Of a DNA stretch of 64,000 nt, positions 1 to 9,381 are shown piece by piece. Source of the stretch: Treponemataceae bacterium (GTDB taxonomy: Bacteria; Spirochaetota; Spirochaetia; Treponematales; Rectinemataceae); assembly GCA_963677895.2 (NCBI GenBank), contig CAXXGJ010000006.1, positions 392,626 through 456,625 of the forward strand, given 5' to 3'. Positions within the stretch are counted from its first letter, which is position 1, and the number at the start of each line of letters is the position of its first letter. Made by a program: the position numbers and the translations under genes. A model generated the notes under the pieces. That model saw only the letters and a program-made list of their open reading frames with translations. It was not told the origin of the DNA and ran no database searches.

Positions 1-2
1 TC

Positions 3-569
3 ATTCCCGTGGACCTGCGCATTCTGGCCGCCACCAACCGCGATCTTTTGAAAGAGGTCAGGGAAAACCGGTTCAGGGAGGATCTTTATTATCGATTGAG
101 CGTCCTGGAACTTCATCTTCCCGAGCTGTCGGAGCGGCGGGAGGATATTCCGGATCTCGTGCGGCATTTCGTGAAGACTATCTGCGCCAACGCATCGCTG
201 CCGCCCGTCCGCGTGACCGAGGATGCCCTGGCGACCCTCCAGAACATGACGATGAACGGCAATGTCAGACAGCTCTGCAATATCGTCGAAAAGGCTCTCG
301 TCATCTCGAATTTCGGGACTTTTAACGGCGAATGTCTGGCCAAGACGGTGCGCGTCCATGAGAGCGGCGGCGAGGCCGCACGGGCCGCCGCAACGACGCG
401 GACCGCCGCTTCGGCGCCGATGGGCAGCACTATCGTGGCCATGGAGCGCGACATGATCGTCCAGGCGCTGGAAGACTGCGGCGGAAACAGGGTGGCCGCG
501 GCCAAGCGGCTCGGTATCAGCTCGACGACGCTCTGGAGAAGGCTGAAGGAGATGGGACTCTGCCCTTGA
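3..569 (+). CDS. sigma-54-dependent enhancer-binding transcriptional activator, PrpR-like (5' truncated by window edge)
   Basis: AAA+ sigma-54 activator motifs RILAATNRDL, FREDLYYRL, GNVRQL; C-terminal Fis HTH LGISSTTLWRRLK resembles PrpR. Confidence 0.9.
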   Translation: MPVDLRILAATNRDLLKEVRENRFREDLYYRLSVLELHLPELSERREDIPDLVRHFVKTICANASLPPVRVTEDALATLQNMTMNGNVRQLCNIVEKALVISNFGTFNGECLAKTVRVHESGGEAARAAATTRTAASAPMGSTIVAMERDMIVQALEDCGGNRVAAAKRLGISSTTLWRRLKEMGLCP

Positions 570-577
570 TGAGGAAT

Positions 578-625
578 ATTTCAATTTGAAATATTCAATA
601 TGAAATAGTGATTTCATATTGAAAT
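578..625. promoter_or_regulatory. three TTCA-N3-TGAAAT palindromes, candidate enhancer (UAS) for the upstream activator
   Basis: ATTTCAATTTGAAAT 578-592, TATTCAATATGAAAT 592-606, ATTTCATATTGAAAT 611-625; about 110-155 bp upstream of a sigma-54 promoter. Confidence 0.75.
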
Positions 626-733
626 GTAGCGATTAATAAATTCTAAAATTATCGATAACCATTCGTGATTTTAAATATATTCGGGACATATAATTATCGG
701 TTGAAAAATTTGACATTAAATATTGCCAGGTTT

Positions 734-749
734 TGGCACGTATCCTGCT
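734..749 (+). promoter_or_regulatory. sigma-54 (-24/-12) promoter
   Basis: TGGCACGTATCCTGCT with exact GG-N10-GC spacing, 33 nt before ATG 783. Confidence 0.85.
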
Positions 750-782
750 AATACTATCATATATGATACTCAAGGATTTTTT

Positions 783-1766
783 ATGCCGAAAACCCTGACC
801 CTCGCGGGGCCATACCCCGAAGAGGTGTTCGGGCTTCTGAGAAAGGAACTCCCTGAATCGCTGAACATCAGGGTTGTGAAGGACCAGGCCTCTCTCGACA
901 GTCTCAACGATATGGAATTCGTGATCCTGAGGACGCTCAGGATGGATGGCGCCCTGATCGAGGCCAATCCCTCGCTCAGGCTGATTCAACGCTGGGGCGC
1001 CGGCTTCGACACGGTGGACATAGAGACGGCTGGCAGGCGAAACGTGCCCGTGGCGGTGGCCTCCGGCGTGAATTCCAACGCCGTCGCCGAACACGCTCTT
1101 CTCCTCATGCTGGCTTCCTATCGCCATCTGACGGCGCTGGACGCCTCCACGAAGAAGGGCGGCTGGGACAGGACAACCTTTGCCTCCCAGTCATTTATGG
1201 TCAGCGACAAACTGGTCGGTCTTCTCGGCTGCGGGGCGATTGGCAAGTTGGTGGCCCAGAAGGCAGCCGCTCTTGGCGCTTATGTCCAGTACTACGACGC
1301 TTTCCGTCTGCCCGCCGAGGAGGAAAAACGCCTTCATCTTAGTTATGTCGATTTCGGTACCCTCCTGGAGACGAGCGATATCCTGAGCCTCCATCTCCCA
1401 CTCATTGAGAGCACGAAGCTCATCATCGGGGAGAAGGAACTGGGCAGGATGAAGAAGGGCGCGGTACTGATCAACACCTCGCGCGGCGGTCTCATCGACG
1501 AGGCCAGGCTCGCGGCGGCACTGGAGGATGGAAGGCTCATGGCCGCGGCTCTGGATAGCTTCTCGGAGGAGCCTTATCCCGCCGACGGCCCGCTCCTCGG
1601 CGTCGATAACCTGATCATGACGCCTCACATCGGAGGAACGGTCGTGGACCTCACCCTCCCGATGGTAAGAAAGGTGGCCGAGAATGTCATGCGCGTCCAC
1701 GAGGGGCAGCCATTGCCCAAACGGGACCTGGTCAACGCCGCTTGGTGCGGCTACCCCGTCGCCTGA
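783..1766 (+). CDS. D-isomer-specific 2-hydroxyacid dehydrogenase (SerA/GhrB-like)
   Basis: GAGFD, AVAEH, GLLGCGAIG, INTSRG, TPHIGG motifs; ATG 783 follows AAGGA. Confidence 0.9.
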   Translation: MPKTLTLAGPYPEEVFGLLRKELPESLNIRVVKDQASLDSLNDMEFVILRTLRMDGALIEANPSLRLIQRWGAGFDTVDIETAGRRNVPVAVASGVNSNAVAEHALLLMLASYRHLTALDASTKKGGWDRTTFASQSFMVSDKLVGLLGCGAIGKLVAQKAAALGAYVQYYDAFRLPAEEEKRLHLSYVDFGTLLETSDILSLHLPLIESTKLIIGEKELGRMKKGAVLINTSRGGLIDEARLAAALEDGRLMAAALDSFSEEPYPADGPLLGVDNLIMTPHIGGTVVDLTLPMVRKVAENVMRVHEGQPLPKRDLVNAAWCGYPVA

Positions 1767-1782
1767 AGCAAGGATACATAAA

Positions 1783-2934
1783 ATGAAAAGAGATTATTTA
1801 TCGTTCGCCTGTTCCATCATTCGGGGAGGCACGAGCAAGGGCCTCTTCCTGAAGGGAAACGAACTGCCCGAGGCGGGCGAGCTGCGCGACAAGATTATCC
1901 TGAGGCTTCTCGGCAGCCCTGACCTGCGCCAGATCGACGGCCTGGGCGGCGCCAACTCCCTCACCAGCAAGGTGTGCGTCATCGGCCCCTGCGAGAGGGA
2001 AGACGCCGACGTGAACTATACCTTCGGCCAGGTTTCGGTGGACAAGGCCAAGATAGACTGGCAGGGCAACTGCGGAAACCTGACCTCGGCCGTGGGCGTC
2101 TTCGCCGTAAACCAGAATTATGTCATTCCCCGGGAACCGGAAACCACGGTCCGCATTTTCAACACGAACACGTCCAAGATCATTCATGTCAAGGTTCCGG
2201 TGCAGACGGGCAGGGCGCGGTGTACGGGCGGCTATTCGATTCATGGCGTCCCGGGAACTGGCCCCAAGCTTGAAGTGGAATTTTTCGACCCGGCGGGCGG
2301 CGTGACGGGCAAGCTGCTTCCCACGGGGAAAGCTCAAGACATCATCGATCTCGGCGAAAAGGGCAAGTTCACGATCTCCGTCGTGGACGCCGTCACGCCT
2401 GTCGTTTACCTGCGGGCCGCCGAGCTGGGCCTCAAGGGCACGGAGCTCCCCACCGAAGTGGAGGCCATGCCGCGCGTTCTCGCCCTCATGGAGGAGCTGC
2501 GCTCGGTGGCGGCCGAAATGTCCGGCATCGTGAAGAAAAGCGAGGAAGCCACCGATAAAAGTCCAGCCTTTCCCAAGGTGGGTTTCGTGAGTCCCCCCTG
2601 CGACTACCTCAACCCCGAGGGCAAACTGGTCAAGGCCGAGGATATCGATATCGTAGCCAGGCTGGGATCGATGCAGAAAATGCACAGGGCGTATATGATC
2701 GGCGGGGCGGTGAGCACCGGCGCCGCGGCCCAGATACCGGGCACGGTGGTCTGGGAGGCGTTGAGCGATCGCGCCAGGAAGGACGGACGGAGCCTGATCA
2801 TCGGCCATCCCTATGGGCCGATGGAAGTGGGCATCGAGAGCGGAGGAGGCGAGATCCGCAAAGTGACCGTTTTCCGCACCGCGAGAGTGTTGATGGATGG
2901 TATCGCCTATATACCCGAAGGGACGTTGGCCTAA
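1783..2934 (+). CDS. PrpF-family isomerase (aconitate/methylitaconate/oxalomesaconate isomerase family)
   Basis: RGGTSKG, QIDGLGGANSLTSK, catalytic GNCGNL, MHRAY, C-terminal RTAR..M.G. Confidence 0.9.
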   Translation: MKRDYLSFACSIIRGGTSKGLFLKGNELPEAGELRDKIILRLLGSPDLRQIDGLGGANSLTSKVCVIGPCEREDADVNYTFGQVSVDKAKIDWQGNCGNLTSAVGVFAVNQNYVIPREPETTVRIFNTNTSKIIHVKVPVQTGRARCTGGYSIHGVPGTGPKLEVEFFDPAGGVTGKLLPTGKAQDIIDLGEKGKFTISVVDAVTPVVYLRAAELGLKGTELPTEVEAMPRVLALMEELRSVAAEMSGIVKKSEEATDKSPAFPKVGFVSPPCDYLNPEGKLVKAEDIDIVARLGSMQKMHRAYMIGGAVSTGAAAQIPGTVVWEALSDRARKDGRSLIIGHPYGPMEVGIESGGGEIRKVTVFRTARVLMDGIAYIPEGTLA

Positions 2935-2975
2935 GCCCCGGTTTTTTGAACTTTATTGCGCGAAAGGAGAGCTGA

Positions 2976-3470
2976 ATGGAAAAAAAATATGGAGATCTGC
3001 GGTCCGGGTTTGTCTTGCTGGTTCTATGCTTGATAGCCTATTTCTGGCTTATTCCGACACAGATAAAAGTGAAGGAAGACGTGGCTATCGGCCCTGACTT
3101 CTTTCCTCGCCTGATGGTGATCTGCTGCGGACTCTGCGCGGCGGGAGTATTTCTTCAGGGTCTGCTCGGGCTGAAAAAAGAAGGGAAGCTGAAGGTGTCG
3201 ACATTCAGGAATTCTCCCTACAAGGTGAACTTCAAGGCCTATCTTCCGCACGGACTCTTTCTCCTCTCCGCCCTCGCCTATCTCCTCGCGATGCCGTTCG
3301 CGGGATTCGTGTTCAGCAGCATACTCTTTCTCACCTTCCTCTTCTGGTTTTTCGGGCATTCCAAAATCGCGTGGAATGCTTTGGTATCCGTCATATACGT
3401 GGGGGCGATCTTCCTGATCTTCACCTACGCATTCAAGATCAGCTTTCCCAAAGGTCCCTTAGGATTCTGA
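2976..3470 (+). CDS. tctB: tripartite tricarboxylate transporter small subunit, TctB family
   Basis: about 4 TM segments, GPDFFP motif, C-terminal F...FPKG; adjacent to tctA. Confidence 0.85.
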   Translation: MEKKYGDLRSGFVLLVLCLIAYFWLIPTQIKVKEDVAIGPDFFPRLMVICCGLCAAGVFLQGLLGLKKEGKLKVSTFRNSPYKVNFKAYLPHGLFLLSALAYLLAMPFAGFVFSSILFLTFLFWFFGHSKIAWNALVSVIYVGAIFLIFTYAFKISFPKGPLGF

Positions 3471-3488
3471 AAAACCGGAGATATCATC

Positions 3489-5015
3489 GTGAACTTACTA
3501 CTTGAAACAGCAATTCAATTCGTTTCCATACAAGTGATCCTGGGAATCGTCGTGGGTGTCATAATGGGCATCATTGGCGGGGCGCTGCCCGGCATCAGCC
3601 CGAGCATGACGATTGCCCTCCTCCTGCCGGTGAGTCTCTACCTGCCGACGCCGGTCGCTATCAGCCTTCTGATGGGCGCGTATCAGGGTGCCATGTTCGG
3701 CGGCTCCATCACGGCCATCCTGATCAATACGCCGGGAACGGCGAGCGCGGCGGCGACGACCATCGACGGTTACCAGATGGCGCTCAAGGGTCAGTCCGGC
3801 AAGGCGCTCAAGATGGCGCTCTACGCCTCCTGCACCGGCGGCATCATCGGGACGATCATCCTTCTCGCGATGGCGAAACCCTTGTCGACGGTCGCCCTCA
3901 AGTTCGGGCCGCCTGAATACTTCGGACTGATGCTCCTCTCCTTGGCCCTGATAGCGGGTATCTCGGGCAAATCCCTCCTGAAAGGGCTCGCCTCGGCCTG
4001 TATCGGGCTTCTTCTCGCGATGGTCGGCATGGACCCGATCTACGGTACCCGGCGCTTCACCTTCAAGAACATCAACCTAGCCGATGGAATACAGACCCTC
4101 TCGATATTCATCGGGGTTTTCGCCCTGTCGGAGATCCTCAACCAGCTCTCGCAGGGGCGCAAGGCTCTCTATAAGAAAGCCGATCCCCTCGCCATCGTCG
4201 ACAACCAGCTGTCCTTCAAGGAATATTGGGGTCAGCGGGGGAACATGCTCAAATCAAGCGTCATAGGCGCATTGATCGGGGTTCTCCCGGGCATCGGCGG
4301 AAGCACCGCGTGTTTTGTGGCCTACGCCGAGGCGCAACGGCAGTCGAAGCATCCGGAGAAATTCGGAACGGGCATCCTGGACGGAATCGCCGCCCCCGAG
4401 TCGGCCAACAACGCCGTCTGCGGCGGGGCGCTCGTGCCCTTACTCACGCTGGGAATTCCGGGCGACGTCGTCACGGCCATCCTGGTCGGAGCCCTCATCA
4501 CGCACGGGATCAAGCCGGGCCCTCTGCTATTCATAGAAGACATGGGCAGCGTGTATACGATATATATCGCGCTCCTTCTGTCGGTCATCGTCCTCTTCTT
4601 CGTCGGCAGGCTCGGCAACCCGATGTTCGCCAAGATCGTCAAGCTGCGCAAGGCGACCCTGCTGCCCATGATTTTCGTTATTTGCGTCGTGGGTGCCTAT
4701 TCCAACCGCGGGAACGTCTTCGACGTGATCATGATGCTTTTGTTCGGAATCATGGGCTTCGTCATGAACAAGAACAAGTTTCCCGTTCCGCCTCTCGTCA
4801 TCGCCTTCGTCATCGGCAGCCAGCTCGAGACAAGCCTCAGGCAGAGTCTCATCCTCTCCGACAACAGCATCGCCATATTTTTCACGAGGCCGATCTCGCT
4901 TGCCCTGATGGTCATATCGATCGTGTTCTGCGCTTTTATGGTCCGCCGCAACAAGAAAGCCGCGGACAAGGTCTCCATCGTCATCAACGACGCGGGGGAA
5001 GAGGAAGAAGAATAA
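3489..5015 (+). CDS. tctA: tripartite tricarboxylate transporter permease, TctA family
   Basis: GALPGI, GGSITAILINTPGT, DGYQMA, APESANNA, LTLGIPG motifs. Confidence 0.95.
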   Translation: MNLLLETAIQFVSIQVILGIVVGVIMGIIGGALPGISPSMTIALLLPVSLYLPTPVAISLLMGAYQGAMFGGSITAILINTPGTASAAATTIDGYQMALKGQSGKALKMALYASCTGGIIGTIILLAMAKPLSTVALKFGPPEYFGLMLLSLALIAGISGKSLLKGLASACIGLLLAMVGMDPIYGTRRFTFKNINLADGIQTLSIFIGVFALSEILNQLSQGRKALYKKADPLAIVDNQLSFKEYWGQRGNMLKSSVIGALIGVLPGIGGSTACFVAYAEAQRQSKHPEKFGTGILDGIAAPESANNAVCGGALVPLLTLGIPGDVVTAILVGALITHGIKPGPLLFIEDMGSVYTIYIALLLSVIVLFFVGRLGNPMFAKIVKLRKATLLPMIFVICVVGAYSNRGNVFDVIMMLLFGIMGFVMNKNKFPVPPLVIAFVIGSQLETSLRQSLILSDNSIAIFFTRPISLALMVISIVFCAFMVRRNKKAADKVSIVINDAGEEEEE

Positions 5016-5034
5016 TCGCTGGTTTCATTTCGAA

Positions 5035-5060
5035 CCGCCGATGGCTTTGGCCGTCGGCGG
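5035..5060 (+). other. intergenic GC hairpin between tctA and tctC
   Basis: CCGCCGATGGC-TTTG-GCCGTCGGCGG. Confidence 0.55.
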
Positions 5061-5088
5061 AATGATTCGCTATAAAGGAGACAATCGA

Positions 5089-6051
5089 ATGACAAAGAGA
5101 AATCTGGCGACATGCCTGGTTCTGCTCATGGCCTTGCCCGCGATGGTTTTCGCGGCGCCCGGCTACCCCGCCAAGTCGGTGGAAGTGATCGTCGGCTTCG
5201 CCGCCGGCGGTGGTACCCACCTCGCCGCCGAACTCTTGAGCCCCGAAGCCACGAAATTCCTCGGACAGCCCATCCAGATAACCTGCAAGGCCGGCGCCGG
5301 CGGCGCCATCGGCGCGACCGCCGTGGCGACCGCGAAAGCCGACGGCTATACGCTGCTGTACGCCACGATGTCCCTCCCCATCTCGCTCTACATGGACTCC
5401 GTCGACTTCACCGAAAACGATTTCGTGGGCATAGCGATGGCGAGCAACGTAGCTCCCTTGCTCGCGGTTCGCGCCGACGCTCCCTACAGCAACGCCAAGG
5501 AAATGAAGGCCTGGATTCTCGCCAACCCCGGCAAGTTCTCCTGGTCGCATCCCGGCGTGGGATCCACGCTCCATGTCCTCGGCGCGAACATGCTGTACGC
5601 CATGAACGTGACGAAACAGGTCAAGGAAGTGCCGTTCAAGGGAACCAACGAGGGCATCAGCGCCGTGCTCGGCGGCCATGTCACCGCGGTCTCTTCTTTC
5701 CCGGCCACCGTCCTCGAGCAGGTCAGGGCGGGAAAAATGAAGATTATCGGCGTTTCGAGCCCGGCGCGCGTTCCCGAGCTCCCCAACGCCCCGACCTTCC
5801 TGGAACAGGGATTCAACGCGACACTCACTTCGACGCGCGGCGTATTCGCCCCGGCGAAGACCCCCAAGGACGTGCTCGCTTACCTCGACACAGCCTTCGG
5901 AAAAATCATCCAGAGTCCCGACTTCGAGAAGCGCGCCATCACCCTCGGCGAACCGGCCGTCTACGCCAACGCCGCCGAGTTCGACAAGATGTATCGTGAG
6001 CAGTGCGTCATGATCAAAGCTCTCCTGAAAGAGATCGGACTAACCAAGTAA
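5089..6051 (+). CDS. tctC: tripartite tricarboxylate transporter substrate-binding protein (TctC/Bug)
   Basis: signal peptide, YPAK..VIVGFAAGGGT, GAGGAIG, DGYTLL, VPFKG; AAGGAG RBS. Confidence 0.92.
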   Translation: MTKRNLATCLVLLMALPAMVFAAPGYPAKSVEVIVGFAAGGGTHLAAELLSPEATKFLGQPIQITCKAGAGGAIGATAVATAKADGYTLLYATMSLPISLYMDSVDFTENDFVGIAMASNVAPLLAVRADAPYSNAKEMKAWILANPGKFSWSHPGVGSTLHVLGANMLYAMNVTKQVKEVPFKGTNEGISAVLGGHVTAVSSFPATVLEQVRAGKMKIIGVSSPARVPELPNAPTFLEQGFNATLTSTRGVFAPAKTPKDVLAYLDTAFGKIIQSPDFEKRAITLGEPAVYANAAEFDKMYREQCVMIKALLKEIGLTK

Positions 6052-6062
6052 GATCGTTCGCG

Positions 6063-6093
6063 GAGCCCCGCCTTTCATGACGGGGCTCATTTT
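6063..6093 (+). terminator. stem-loop after tctC (terminator or mRNA stabiliser)
   Basis: GAGCCCCG-N10-CGGGGCTC followed by ATTTT. Confidence 0.55.
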
Positions 6094-6133
6094 AATCCAA
6101 GAAAATCCAACATTCAGCCACAAGGAGATATCA

Positions 6134-6808
6134 ATGCCCAACGTCGGTTTTCGCGTATTCACCGCCATCCAGAGGCCGGACAAAGCACTCGTCGAAAAGT
6201 TCCGCGATGTTCCCGTCGCGAACATTTGCGACAACATGGGAAGAATCTACTCGGTAGACGCTTCCATAAAGCCTTATAACAACGCACGGCTCCTCGGAAC
6301 GGCCCTGACCGTCAAGGCGCCGCTCGGCGATAACCTGATGTTCCACAAGGCCATGGAGATGGCCCAGCCCGGCGACATCATCGTCGTCGACGGCGAAGGC
6401 TGCATGGACCACTCCCTCTGCGGCGAGATCATGATGCGCACCGCCATGAAACGCGGAATCGCCGGCTTCCTCGTCAATGGCTGCATCAGGGATGTGGAAG
6501 CCCTGCGCGACATGGACTTCGCCGTCTACGCCAAAGGCGTCCAGCCTAAAGGCCCCTACAAGAATGGCCCAGGCGAGATCAACGTGCCCGTCTGCATCGG
6601 CGGCCAGGCTGTCCTTCCGGGCGACATCATCGTCGGCGACGCCGACGGTGTCGTGATCATCCGCCCCGCGGACGCGGAGGATGTCTACGTCAAGGCCGCC
6701 AAGCACCACAGCATGGAAGCCGAAAAATTCAGGAAGATCGAGGAAGGCACGCTGGACAAGTCCTGGATCGCCGAGACGCTGACCAAGAAGGGCTGCGAGA
6801 TCATCTGA
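6134..6808 (+). CDS. RraA-family protein / HMG(CHA) aldolase-like
   Basis: GTALTV..GDNL, GEIM, GCIRD, PGDIIVGDADGVV motifs. Confidence 0.88.
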   Translation: MPNVGFRVFTAIQRPDKALVEKFRDVPVANICDNMGRIYSVDASIKPYNNARLLGTALTVKAPLGDNLMFHKAMEMAQPGDIIVVDGEGCMDHSLCGEIMMRTAMKRGIAGFLVNGCIRDVEALRDMDFAVYAKGVQPKGPYKNGPGEINVPVCIGGQAVLPGDIIVGDADGVVIIRPADAEDVYVKAAKHHSMEAEKFRKIEEGTLDKSWIAETLTKKGCEII

Positions 6809-6837
6809 AACCGTGAGGGTAGGGAGCGACGAGGCAC

Positions 6838-8799
6838 ATGAACATAGTCGAAAAAATCATATCATCGCATCTGCTCGAAGGCGAACTCGCCGCGGGAAGC
6901 CAGATCGCGATCCGCATCGATCAGACGCTGCTTCAGGACGCCCTCGGCACGATGGCCTGTCTTCAGTTCGAGGCTATGAAAATGGAACGTGTCCGGACCG
7001 AGCTCTCTATCCTCTACGTGGATCATAATACGCTGCAGACAGGCTTCGAGAACGCCGACGACCACTTGTTCTTGAGAACCTTCTGCAAAAAATACGGTCT
7101 GCGATATTCGAGGCCGGGCAACGGCATCTGCCACCAGGTTCACCTGGAGCGCTTCGGCGCGCCGGGGAAGACTCTCCTCGGTTCGGATTCGCATACGCCC
7201 ACTTCTGGCGGCTTGGGGATGCTCGCCATCGGGGCGGGCGGTTTGGACGTGGCCGTCGCCATGGGCACCGCTGCCTATCACCTCACCATGCCCTCGGTCA
7301 TCAGGATCGAACTGAAAGGAAGGCTGAGAGGTTCCTGCGCGGCCAAGGACATCATCCTCAAGCTTCTCGGGATTCTCAGCGTGAAAGGCGGGGTAGGGAA
7401 GGTAATGGAATACGCGGGCGAAGGCCTGGATGATCTTTCGGTGTATGAGCGGGCGACGATAGCGAATATGGGCGCGGAACTGGGCGCCACTTCGTCGGTA
7501 TTCCCCTCGGACGCGCAGACGAAACGTTTTCTCGAGGCTCAAGGAAGAGGCGAATCCTTCGCGGAACTCCATGCCGACGCCGACGCTACCTACGAGCGGA
7601 CGATCACCATCGACCTGGACGAACTCGAGCCTCTCGTCGCCGTCCCGCACAGCCCCGACAACGTCGTTCCTGTCTCCGCGCTGCGGTCGGTGAAGGTGGA
7701 CCAGGTATGCATCGGTTCCTGTACCAACTCATCCTACTCCGACATGATGCGGGTAGCCTCGGTGCTCAAGGGGCGGACGGTGCCCGCCGACGTCTCCCTC
7801 GTCATTTCGCCGGGTTCCAAGCAGGTCCTCAACCTCCTCGCGAAGAACGGCGCCCTCTCCGACATGATCTCGGCGGGCGCGCGCATCCTGGAGAGTGCCT
7901 GCGGTCCCTGCATCGGCATGGGTCAGTCGCCCGCGAGCGGAGCGGTGTCACTGCGCACCTTCAACCGCAACTTCGAGAAACGTAGCGGGACGGCCGACGC
8001 GAAAGTCTACCTTTGCAGCCCGGAGACCGCTGTGGCTTCCGCGCTCCTCGGCCGAATCAGCCCGTTGGAGGCGGTAGGCGAGACTCCGCGCGTTCCGATG
8101 CCCGAGCGTTTCCTCGTGGACGACAATCTGATCGAGTTGCCTCCGGAATTCTCGGCGAAGAGCCCGACGAAAGGCTCGGCCGAAGGCTCCATGGAAGGGC
8201 TCGAGGTGATCCGCGGCAAGAACATCAAGCCCTTTCCTATGTTCGATGCCATGGCGGAATCCATCTCCGGCGTCGTCCTCATAAAGACGGGAGACAACGT
8301 GACCACCGACCATATAATGCCGGGCGGCGCCGATGTCCTTCCCTACCGCTCCAATATTCCGTATCTCGCGAAATACTGCCTTGTCCGCTGTGATCCCGAT
8401 TTTCCCAAGAACGCGGAGAAATACGGCGGCGGATTCATCCTGGGCGGCGCCAACTACGGCCAGGGTTCCTCGCGCGAACACGCGGCGCTTACGCCCGTAT
8501 GGATGGGCGTCAGGGCAGTCATCGCGAAAAGCTTCTCCAGGATACACAAGGCCAACCTGATCAACTCGGGCATCATCCCTCTGGAGTTCGCCGACCCCGC
8601 GGACTACGACCGCGTCGAAAAGCTGGACGAGCTTGCCTTTGAAAACATCAGGAACGCCCTGCTGCAAGCCGAAACCGTTGATGGATATGATCGCACGAAG
8701 GGATTCTCTTTCCTTCTGAAATGCGACATTTCGGAACGCGAGCGCGGAATCCTGGCGGCGGGCGGCATGGTGAGATACGTGCAGTCGGGGGGAATTTAA
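6838..8799 (+). CDS. aconitate hydratase-family [4Fe-4S] enzyme (about 650 aa type)
   Basis: QDALGT, DHN, GICHQVH, GSDSHT, GSCTN, CGPCIG, TFNRNF, NYGQGSSREHA. Confidence 0.93.
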   Translation: MNIVEKIISSHLLEGELAAGSQIAIRIDQTLLQDALGTMACLQFEAMKMERVRTELSILYVDHNTLQTGFENADDHLFLRTFCKKYGLRYSRPGNGICHQVHLERFGAPGKTLLGSDSHTPTSGGLGMLAIGAGGLDVAVAMGTAAYHLTMPSVIRIELKGRLRGSCAAKDIILKLLGILSVKGGVGKVMEYAGEGLDDLSVYERATIANMGAELGATSSVFPSDAQTKRFLEAQGRGESFAELHADADATYERTITIDLDELEPLVAVPHSPDNVVPVSALRSVKVDQVCIGSCTNSSYSDMMRVASVLKGRTVPADVSLVISPGSKQVLNLLAKNGALSDMISAGARILESACGPCIGMGQSPASGAVSLRTFNRNFEKRSGTADAKVYLCSPETAVASALLGRISPLEAVGETPRVPMPERFLVDDNLIELPPEFSAKSPTKGSAEGSMEGLEVIRGKNIKPFPMFDAMAESISGVVLIKTGDNVTTDHIMPGGADVLPYRSNIPYLAKYCLVRCDPDFPKNAEKYGGGFILGGANYGQGSSREHAALTPVWMGVRAVIAKSFSRIHKANLINSGIIPLEFADPADYDRVEKLDELAFENIRNALLQAETVDGYDRTKGFSFLLKCDISERERGILAAGGMVRYVQSGGI

Positions 8800-8847
8800 G
8801 GCTTAGGCTAAAGTTGGGCTAAGGCCGCGGGGTGCGCGGCGCCCCGA

Positions 8848-9231
8848 TCACTTGGGGTTGCCCTTGATGGTACCGTAAGGCCATGCCTGTATGCCCCCAA
8901 GATCCAGCACTTTTTTGTAGCCGAGGGCGACGAGAGATGCCGCGGCCGCCGCGCTTCTCCGCCCCGTGCGGCAATAAACAATCACCGTTCTGTCCTTGGA
9001 GCCGATGATCTGGGCGGCGCTTTTGGCCGTGATCTGGTCGTAGGGCAGGAGGACCGAGTCGGCTATACGCCCCTCGAGGAATTCTTCCTGGGTTCGAACG
9101 TCCAGAAGCAGGACATCCTTGCCGCTCGCCAAAAGCTCCCTGGCGGCCTTCGGGCTTATGAGAGAAGACTGGGCGAAGGCGGAAGCCGCCAGGGCGATCC
9201 ACAAAAGCATTGCTATGCCGATTTTTCTCAT
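8848..9231 (-). CDS. exported rhodanese-like domain protein
   Basis: signal peptide; LLDVRT..EF..GRI, active loop YCRTGRRS, LGGI.AW. Confidence 0.88.
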   Translation of the reverse strand: MRKIGIAMLLWIALAASAFAQSSLISPKAARELLASGKDVLLLDVRTQEEFLEGRIADSVLLPYDQITAKSAAQIIGSKDRTVIVYCRTGRRSAAAAASLVALGYKKVLDLGGIQAWPYGTIKGNPK

Positions 9232-9334
9232 ATTTGGCCTCTTTCGTAAGCGATAAGATACCTATGAATAGGGGCGATCGCCAAAACCGCTAAGATCGCC
9301 ATTGGCCGAATAGGAGAAGGTCGATGAGACCGCG

Positions 9335-9365
9335 GTTCGCGGGCCGTAGACTACGGACCGCGAAC
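9335..9365. terminator. inverted repeat downstream of the opp operon
   Basis: GTTCGCGGGCCGTAG-A-CTACGGACCGCGAAC (one mismatch). Confidence 0.5.
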
Positions 9366-9381
9366 TGGTAGCCCGTGGCAT

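Noticed and set aside
783..8799. standard 2-methylcitrate (prp) operon
   Set aside because: No prpC or prpB; the aconitase is the short ~650 aa type rather than AcnD-sized
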